NCBI GenBank assembly: GCA_045837725.1
Contig: JBEWZL010000081.1
Coordinates: 62,001 to 101,256, forward strand
Direction of reading: 5' to 3'
From: Vermamoeba vermiformis
Taxonomy: Eukaryota
DNA length: 39,256 bases
A program made the translations under genes and the position numbers. The notes below the pieces were generated by a model. It was given only the letters and a program-made list of their open reading frames with translations. It was not told the origin of the DNA and searched no databases. The number at the start of each line of letters is the position of its first letter. The stretch's first letter is position 1. Shown piece after piece: positions 28,325-37,701 of the stretch.

Positions 28325-30836
28325 ATGGCTGCCATCAACAAAATTTTGGCCGCACTCTGCGTGCTGGTTGCGATCTTGGCTGTCGCCCAATCAGCAGGCA
28401 CTTTAACGAGCGTGTTCGCGTAAGATACACAACTGATAGGCACCAAAAGACGCTTAATAATATTTCTTGATATACTCATTTCATTTTTGAGCATTCCAAC
28501 GCAGATCTTTTGAAACGCTGCTAACGATTTTTACTCAGGACCTTCAATTCTATTGGTATCACTGTTGACATTGGCGCTTCAGATGACCCTTCGCAAACAG
28601 GTATATATCATAGATCATATTTTGACGCGACAGTAGTTAATTTCCAAAAAATCTTCAGGATCAGCGTCCGTTCAATACCGCCAGTCCGGATCGCAAGATT
28701 GGCTCAATGGGCACCCACTCGTACGCACTACAAGTACTCGCTACGTAGGGAGTATAATGTGGCTCAATGAGAATACTTCGTAAGTGGACCAGTTTGGCAC
28801 GTGGCGAATCTTTAATTCAATGCTGTCAGTTATGACATCAAAGTGCGCGTGTCAACGGACAGCGCGGACTTGACTCAGACTATCAAGACACGAGCGGACA
28901 GTGAGACTCAGTTGCCTGCTGCTACAAAGTCCTACTACGCGTCACCGAGCGGCACTGGATCTGCTTGCAGTGATCAGTCGCCTTGCTCATTAGCTACAGC
29001 ACTCGATACGGCGAATGGTGACGAGGAAGTTGTGCTGAAGGACGGCGTGTACTACGTGGGCGAAATAACTTTGAGTAATTCCGCAAACAAATACGTTGTC
29101 ATTCGTGGTTCGAGACAAGGTCAGCTGCGCTTCGTTGATAATTGTTAATGCACCTACTGACACTATAACAGCGATTATGGATGGCAGCGACCCTGCAACG
29201 TTCACATGGACCAACACAGGAGGCACTATCTACAAGACTACGATCACCGTTCAAGATCCGCAAGTCGTCGTGGCTAACGGCAAAAGACTGTTCAAGCACA
29301 CTTCTCTCTCGGGTCTTCAGACCTTGGACAAAAAGTCTCCTGGATTCTACACCTCGGGCACCGATCTTTATGTCAACTTGGACGGCATGGCGTACGTTTC
29401 GATATGGCTGCATCGGTCATTCTAATAGTCTTAATAGGCAAACCAATCCCGCCAATGCTGATGTCAAGATCAGTCGTTACGAGTACGCTTTCGTCTCAAG
29501 TAATTATATCTTCTATTACGGCTTCAGCATGCGTTACTACGGCGTTGGAGATGTAAGTGACACGTGTCATTTGCCGCACAGTTTAACACATGTTCCTGCA
29601 GTACGGCAAGGGTATTTACTTGGACACTGCCAATAACAACGTCATCTCGAACATGTATTTTGAGCACAACGACGCGTCAGTAGCGCTGAAGCGTCCTTCG
29701 TCCAACAACGTCGTTCAAGACTGCGAGTTCTACGACACGAAACACGACTTCCTTTGGGAGAGTGTCAAAGGTGGGTCCGTGTACGAAACAGCTCCGGTCA
29801 CCATCTTCGAGACAACTGATGAATCAGGACGTGGTCTTGTCATTCGTAGAAACAGATGTAAGTTGATCGTTGACCTTGCCAAACATTGTTTTAACCTTGA
29901 ACAGTCGAAGGATTTTTCGATTCAATCTCACCTGTCGGAGGCTTTGCAGTTGGTCACTTGCCCATTGAAATGGACTGTCACGACAACGTAATCACAATGA
30001 GTGCCGATGACGCCCTCTCGTTGGACGGAACGTGCGCCAACTGTCGTGTGTGGGGCAACAAGATTGATAACAGCTTAGTGGCGTTCTCGATGGCACCGAT
30101 CGACGAAGGACCAGTGTTCGTCGTGCGCAATCTGGCTTACAACATGCAAGGATCACGCTCGGATGCTGGATACAAAGGCTTGGCAATCAAGTTGAACAGC
30201 GGCTACAGTGAGCAAGGCAAAATGTTCGTGTACCACAACACCTTCGACATGCGCGTGGCTGACACGATCGGCTTGAATATTGAATCACCGGGAGTGTGGA
30301 ACTTGGTCACGCTGCGCAATAACATCTTTTGGGCTGCAGACAACACCTATGCTATTTACAACGTAAACACGGGCAATGCAATGGACATGGACTACGACTT
30401 GTACTACACGACCAAGAGTGACTACATTGCCAATTGGGACAACAAATACGCGACACTTGCTGCATTTACAACGGCGACATCGCAAGAAACTCACGGTTAC
30501 TTCTCATTGCCCTCATTCAACGATCGCGATGGCGGTGATTATCGCTTGACGAGTGCTTCAACACCTCAAATCGACAAAGGTGTGGTGATCCATGGCATCA
30601 ACGACAATTATCGTGGTTCAGCACCGGATCTCGGTTACTTTGAATACGATGCCGGCACACCATTAGCACCTCTGTCATCGAACCCTCCTCCTTCTTCTCC
30701 TCCTCCAAGTGGTGGCTCGCCCAATGGTAGTTCGAACAGTCCTTCAAAGTCGCCGCTCTCCGTTTCTACCGCTGCAACGAATGGCGTCGCTTGGATCTTC
30801 AGCGTTGTCATATTTTTTTTATTTTGTGTTAGTTAG
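28325..30836 (+). CDS. Secreted, probably GPI/TM-anchored protein with an FN3-like N-domain and a right-handed parallel beta-helix (pectin lyase-like fold)
   Basis: Signal MAAINKILAALCVLVAILAVAQS, then TFNSIGI...VQYRQSGSQDW..GHPL, YYASPSGTG, VVLKDGVY, DDALSLDG, GPVFVVRN, VYHNTF, LRNNIF, GDYRL, IDKG and GSAPDLGYFE. Ends with a Pro/Ser linker and a hydrophobic tail. Confidence 0.85.
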
Positions 30837-30903
30837 CGAGTGTTGGATAGATTGTAGAGTAGATTAGTTAAATTACATCCTATTAACAAATTTATTTTTT
30901 ACA

Positions 30904-33310
30904 TCAGATTGTTTTTTGTTCGAGTAGGCCATTATTATAATGATTACCACTCGTCAAAAATTCGTATCTTACATCAAGTGCAGCGGCATATCCGTTCGAT
31001 TTTGGAAACTCGCTTGTCGCATCCCGCAACATTTGCAATACGAGGAGCTCATTGATATTGTTCCGCTCGCACACTATTTGTATATCATACATGAGCGCAT
31101 AGATTAGACCTCCGTGTTCCTGGTTCGTTAGACTCAGAATTGACGTGGTGTTCAAGTCTGAAAAGAGTTCTTGTCGGATGTCGTTGGAGAACTGGATCGC
31201 AGTGTTGCTAGGCTGTGAAATTATATACAAAATAGCCCGCAGCACTGCAATCAAGTTGTTGGCACCAGCTGTTATGTACACGTTGTAGAATTGATCTCGC
31301 GTCGATTCATGTTCGTAAAGCGCGAGTGTTTCAGTCACAAAGTTCTTTGCAATCTGTGCTTTGCCTTGATAGGCCCACAATCGACTCTGCACCAATAACA
31401 AGTCCGCTTTGGGTTCGCTGAAGTCTTGCGTGTCAAGCTGAATGGCCTCATGAAGTGCGTGCAAGGCCAAGTTGAAGTTGCCAACGAGACCGTAGCAATA
31501 GCTCATCATGCACAACGAGAACATTTCGAGGCCCTTCGAGAACGGTGTTGTCGTGGTGCGAATCACTTGGATGCTGTCGTGCAGGTACTTCAGCGCTTCA
31601 GTAAAGCAGCGTTGATATGCGCATCCCGCGCCAAGAGCGGCAAGTAGACGAGCGTTGCTGACCTGTTGATTCTCGCCGTGCGCTTGAGCCAAATTTTGAA
31701 CCACAAAGAGGCCGTGTTTAGCCGATTGACGCATCCGTGCCCAATCACCGGTAATTGTGTAGACCGTTGCAAGCATGAACAGATAATCGGCAAAGCTTGT
31801 TTCGTTGGGATCAAATATAGTAGTGAAAGAGCTGACTTTGAAAGCATTGAGAGCATCCGTCGATCGGCCGATCTTGAAAAACAAATATGATTTGAGGAGA
31901 AGGGCAAAAACGAGTTGATGATCATAGAAATATCGCAATTGTGCGTTCGTCTACGATATTACAGTTAGCCAGGATGAATTGATGTCGAATCACTTTTGAC
32001 ATACCTTGAAGGGCACGATACTTGCCGAATCTAGCGAAGGTGAGGCGAAGTAGTCTGAAAATATGTCAAAGACGTATTGGCTGATATTCAACGCCTTTTT
32101 AGTTTTGCCCTCGATAAAGCACTTCCATCCTTCGGGCAGCATAATTATCGCGAGATCTTGATCTTGTTCTTTTGTCCGCTTGACTACAGCAAGGGGCATC
32201 TCGGGCTCGTCCAATTCTTGACTTTGTGTCCTCGGATTATCACCGTCGCTACTATCATCATTATCTAAGAAAATAAAGTCGTAAATTCTCCGTTCCGAAA
32301 GATCTGTGTTAATTGCAATAAAGAATACCTCGCTCTATCTTTTGATTAGGGCTCGTTTGCACGCCATCCACATTAAGCCGTGTGCTCTGACTCGATGACA
32401 AGAGCGCAATCGATTCTGTCATCAAGCAAGCTCGATCGGGCTGATACAAGTTGATCCCGACCAGCAGCGCGTAGTCCGTGCCTTTTTTCTTGCCAAAACA
32501 TCGCACAGTGCAATTAAGCTGCAGAGCTATGTGCAGGAAGCTGGTCGCATGTTGAAGATCTGTTGGTGTTGGCGGATCTCTGCCCGTAGTTTTACCAGGA
32601 GAACTGGTCTGATCTCGCTCAAAAGTGCTGACTACTTTGATTTGAAAATCATTTTTGCACGGACAGCCATGATTGGGGCAGAGTTTCACTTCAGTAATTG
32701 TGTTGTCATTCTTTTCAAAAAAGGCAACTTCGATAAAAGGCCCATCTAACAAAAATAATATCGATTAGACGAGAGACTATTTATAAATTTAGCGATTAAA
32801 TTAAATAATTCTTGTTTATTCATAAACGCATCTGTTATTGTTAAGAAATAAATTGGCAAGGAATAATTGACGTTTATATTGGTATTCGGTAGAATAATGT
32901 ATTATTTAAAAGTGCCACCGTACCTTGCCTTATGGTTGGATATTATTTGCTTTATCGGCCACGATTAAGAATTATGAATTTCGGGAGGAAAAAAAAAACT
33001 GAAACACATCCGTAAAATAAATATTACCTTCAGGAGCTCTAATAAAATGTCGTGCAATAATTAAATCAGCCAGTGGTGGGCTCTCATTTAATTTTCGCTT
33101 CTTTTTCTTCGGCTGACTCTCCTCATCGTTTGACAAGTTCTCTTTCTGTCGATAACACTCGTCGAATATGCGACAGAATTCGTTAAATCGCGTTTGTGCG
33201 TTCGCAGAACAGTCTTTTGAATCAATAACGAACCGAATCCACCTATTTACTTGTTGTGAACTCGGGCGGCGATCTTTTGTGATACACCGCAGCTTGAGTT
33301 TTTCGCTCAT
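30904..33310 (-). CDS. Uncharacterised multi-exon protein with NLS, Cys-containing middle domain and C-terminal TPR-like helical repeats
   Basis: ORF pieces 32972-33310, 32309-32752, 31990-32214 and 30904-31938 are bounded by GT-AG sites. Contains PKKKKRK, and ALGAGCAYQRCFTEALKYLHDSI and YCYGLVGNFNLALHALHEAI resemble TPR helices. Confidence 0.65.
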
Positions 33311-33835
33311 TTGTTGGCGATCATTTAATAAATATTAATATGATGGTGCCAACACAAATGCAAATTATTCGAAACGAGCAATCACCAGGAGATTTCGACC
33401 AACTAGCCGGAAGGCACCCGATCCGCCTAAAACAAGCAATAAACAATATGAAATACGATCACACTTTTACAAAATTCATATTACAAGGGATCGAATCATA
33501 TCAAATTGGTATTAATTGAAGTGCATTAATTTCGTCTTGTTGACCTTGAGAACAACTCCAATGGCGGCTCTGCTAATTTAGCATGTTATATTTGTTACAT
33601 TAGGTAGAGCCATATCCATTAGCAAGATTGGCACTTGTCACGTAAATTAAATTTCCGATTTTGTTATTTGCTTATGTTTTCGGGTCACGCGACATACTTC
33701 ATTCTTCCTCTCATTACAGCACAACAGTTGATATATGGTATTGATGTGCTTGTAGCAGCTACTTGATAAACGTTCAGCTTGATCTTCAACGCCAAACAAC
33801 TTTTTTAGTGGACTATTAAAACGGGTTCCGTTGAG

Positions 33836-36127
33836 ATGGAAAGAACCACTAAAAATGGTGACGATTTTTGTAGGGCTATAAATTGGATTTGGAGCTTCAA
33901 ATTTACCTCCGCGGAGAACTATTTTAATAATCCGAAAAGTGCGGAGAGCCCTATCCACTCGTACTATTATGGAGAGGTATAATAAGGTACTATAAAATAA
34001 TTTTCTGATTTTTATGATTTAGACGCTAGCATTGCGAGCATTATTGACGGAAGATCCAGATGAAACCAAAGAGGCGACCAAAAGACTTGAGTTGGCTGAA
34101 AAGATATTATCCAAAACTCAAAACTCTTCGAGCATTATGGTACGTCACTAAATCGGACGAGCGATTTCTGAACCGTCGGGCAGGATGTGTTTCGCAGGCT
34201 TAGCTTGAGTGAGGCACGCAAACAAGAAGATCGAGTGACGGCGGAAACGAGGCTGCTTCACGCTGCTGTACGTAGCTTAAAAATTCTCTATCGGTAGCTG
34301 ATTGTCATGCTAGCTACTAGCGGAATTGAACGCTCTTCTCGGCTGCTTGTTCTTCCGAAGGGGGCATTACGTGAAGGGTATGGAATTCTTCATTTATATA
34401 GCGTCGTTAATTTTCACTGTAGGAGGCTTGTATATTCGCAAAAGTTGGAAAGCGTTCGAGTCATTAGCCAAAAAGACTGGAATATTGCGCGACAACAACA
34501 ATGAAACAAACGATAACAACACGGAACAGACAGAAGAGATCAAAGCATTGATAGCTCATCGCAATAGTATATTATACTTCGGAGTTGGTGCATTTTATTA
34601 TTTCGTGTCGCTGGTGCCATCAAATTTTGCGTGGCTCGTTGAGGCTCTTGGATTCAAAGCCAACCGTCAGTTTGGACTTGATTTATTAACCAAGTGCTAT
34701 GAAATGCAAGGTCCACGAGGTAACGAATGAAATTTACAGTTTGAATGTTTGTTGAACTAATCGATGGCGATAGCGATGATTGCCTTGCTGCTCGTTCTCT
34801 GGATTGAAATATTTTTCTTCGAAGACAAAGTCAAAGCCGCTGAAGCACTTGATTTAGCTCTGCAGCGATATCCGTAAGTACCGATACTATTAGTTCGACG
34901 AGCATGTGTTAACCACCGAATAGTGAAGGAACGCCGTACTACTATCTGGGTGGTTATTTTGCCCGCAAACAACGTGACATTAAGCGAGCGATCACGTACT
35001 TCGAGAAAGTGAATGAATTGACGGCGGATGTGAAGAGATTTCAAATCACGTCCTATTATGAGATTGGATGGTGTCACTGGCTCGGAACTGATTGGCGCGA
35101 GGCTGCTAATTGGTTTGAGAAGTTCTTGGCGGGTAATTATTAAATTCGTCCATTTTGATTAATAACCAAATTGCAGAACACAAGTCGCCCAGTTTCAAAG
35201 CGTACTGTGGCTATCAGTTGGGTATCGCGTACGACATGCTTGGTGAAAAAGATAAAGCACTGAAAGCATTCACTCCAGTACCTGGTTGGGTGCGCAAGGT
35301 AAGTATGCCCACGTGCTGTAAATAGGATTGGGGCTAATGATTGTGCAGCACTACACTTGGGATCAGTTCGCGGCTCGTAAAGCCAAAGAGTACTTGAAGA
35401 ACAATGGCATGACTCAATACGAGAGATTGATAGGTACGTGACGCGTGTAATCTGTCAGGCATGCTCTTATTGTAACTGCAGTGCACGCGCAAATAATTGC
35501 AAAGTTACTTCCTGAAGAAGCACTCGTCCTTCTAAAGCAAGCTCAAGGCACAGGTAAATGCTTGTTTACATGTGACGTTGCAAAGCGCTAACACTGCCAA
35601 TTGCAGGAGAGTCAAACGATGAGCTGAAAGCGGTGTATTACTACATCAAAGGATTGGCTCAAAAAGGATTGCAACGATTTGAGAAGGCCAAAAAGTCGTT
35701 CGAAGTAAGTTATAAAGAAATGCAAATTGTATGTCTAACTTTTAACTTTCAGCACGGAATTTCGCTCGAACGAGTCGCGAAAAGAGAGATTTATGCTATT
35801 CCTCATTGTTTGACGGAGTATGGTGAAATACTGCTTCAGGAGGGCCATATAGATGAAGCAAAGAAGCTGTTCACAAAGGCGCGCAAAGCTTTCAGCAACT
35901 ACGACTTCGACAAGCCTCTGATTCGTAAGCTCGAAAAGAATTTAGATCAGATCAAGCTACGGCAGAAACAAGAAAAGCGCGATGCCAAGCGAGAAAAAGC
36001 AACGAAAGAGCATGAGGATTACAAATCTTTGCGGCGAGTCAAGTCGTACTCTGGCACTTTAGAAGAGAGCGACGCAGACATTTTAGGAAAAGTCAACAAA
36101 GAAGATATTGATGATGTCAAATACTGA
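33836..36127 (+). CDS. TTC39/IML2-family TPR protein (5' end uncertain)
   Basis: YFGVGAFYYFVSLVPSNFAWLVEALGFKANRQFGLDLL, LQRYP, YEIGWCHW, SPSFKAY, YAIPHCLTEYG and NYDFDKPL across ~10 GT-AG exons. In-frame ATG at 33836. Confidence 0.82.
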
Positions 36128-36888
36128 ATAATTCGTAAGACAAAGACCCCGCTAAGGTGCGTCGGACAAATTGTCCCGTCCTTAAAGTGACGACTATTGT
36201 ATTAGCTTTAACTTGAGCTTTAATTATTTTAGATACGGCTTCACACTGAGTGAACAGCCACACTTCTATTGGCAATGAGATCCAAGTCTACCTAGTGGAT
36301 ATTCCTGAAGATTTTATTGACACTGTGGTTCATGGAGCAGTAAATCACCACTTATGTGGCCAACTGTGAGGAGCAAGTGGAGGCTATCATGAAGAAGTAT
36401 GACTCTCTGGCATCAACAAGTACAACAGATGAAACTAGAACAGTTATTATTTGTACCCCTAATAAATTGGTTTGGTTAAAAGACGGAAATGAATAAATGA
36501 GAGCCCCTTTAATGTGACAAACTTACCACAGGCTGTCAATTGGTTCAAAAACACAGAAATTGAATGATTGCATTTCAAATTGTTCATTACTGCTTGGAAC
36601 TGGTGAAGTCTGGAGTTTGAAGCAGCAACTTGGCATGATCATGTAGACAATATTCAGTCCATCCCTTAATTCCATTGTAGCAATACATATTCAATTGACT
36701 TATGTTTACTGTCCATTATATACCCTTTAGGGTTAGGGCTGGTGGGGCTGCGGTTGGGTGTGAGGCAAGTCAGCCACAGAGGTCAATCAAACATTTATAC
36801 AAATCAGCTGCCACCCGTGGCCAATGTATGTGACAGCTAATAAACAAGATGTTTAGAGTAGCCTGTATACTAGGAAATTGGTACCTTA

Positions 36889-36935
36889 GTTGATAACTGA
36901 CCCGTCCGCCAGGGGGACGGGGGCACGTTATCAAC
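36889..36935. repeat. Imperfect 47-bp palindrome/hairpin
   Basis: GTTGATAAC-tga-CCCGTCC-gccaggg-GGACGGG-ggcac-GTTATCAAC. Confidence 0.85.
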
Positions 36936-37011
36936 CCATGCTACACTGGGAAGGTAAACAGTACCTAACCTGCAAGGTTCAGCTTGAGGTATACCCAGTG
37001 ATAAAAATGAT

Positions 37012-37187
37012 GGATCCCCGTCCGCCTGGGGGTATATTTATTTAATAGGACCCCGTCCACCAGGGGGTATATTTATTTAATAGGACCCCGTCCACCAGGG
37101 GGTATATTTATTTAATAGGACCCCGTCCGCCAGGGGGACGGGGGTATATTTATTTAATAAGGGCCCGTCCGCCTGGCGGACGGGGGG
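37012..37187. repeat. Tandem ~35-bp repeat (4 units plus a terminal palindrome)
   Basis: Unit GGACCCCGTCCRCCAGGGGGTATATTTATTTAATA starts at 37012, 37048, 37083 and 37118. Ends in the perfect palindrome CCCGTCCGCC-T-GGCGGACGGG (37164-37184). Confidence 0.92.
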
Positions 37188-37506
37188 TGCTGTATCACTT
37201 CAGGACGCACTATCATGTACCTTTACCTCCTGCATTTAATATGTGGAAAAACCTGTTTCCTAGGAGTTAGGGTACAAAGGAAGCTGTTTTGGTGTAAAAA
37301 CATGAAAATAAAAATACCTTAATTTGACATCAAAAAGCGTGCAATTATTAAAAAGTATGCAATTTCAGCAGTTGCTGTGCAACTTCCTGATCTGAAGCCA
37401 ATCAGGAAGAGTACACACCAGAAAAAAAAGCCCAAGTTTTTGCTAAAATCTGTTCCCGATTGGGCTCAAATCGGGAAAAAACAACAACATGGTTGATATC
37501 GGCGCA

Positions 37507-37553
37507 GGTTCGAAGCCCAGTACTTGCAAATTGTTGCCGCCAGGATTCGAACC
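37507..37553. promoter_or_regulatory. Two inverted Pol III B-box (tRNA T-loop) motifs
   Basis: GGTTCGAAGCC on + (37507-37517) and GGTTCGAATCC on - (37543-37553). No full cloverleaf is recognisable. Confidence 0.6.
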
Positions 37554-37701
37554 TGTGTGTAGCAAGCAACAGAATTATAAATGCAGTTGGAAAATCCTCC
37601 CAGGGAGGCAGGGAGGCAATTCACCCAAAGTTGAGAAAGTCAATCTGCATCATTTTAATTACCCCATAACGCAGAGCAACACACAAGTCGCCCGCCCAAA
37701 T

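Noticed and set aside
36727..36738. Telomeric (TTAGGG)2
   Set aside because: Only two units, and a similar CCCTAACCCT occurs in an intron at ~8907. Insufficient to claim a telomere or telomere-addition site.
37490..37570. tRNA gene
   Set aside because: Only T-arm/B-box motifs. No acceptor, D or anticodon stems at proper spacing on either strand.
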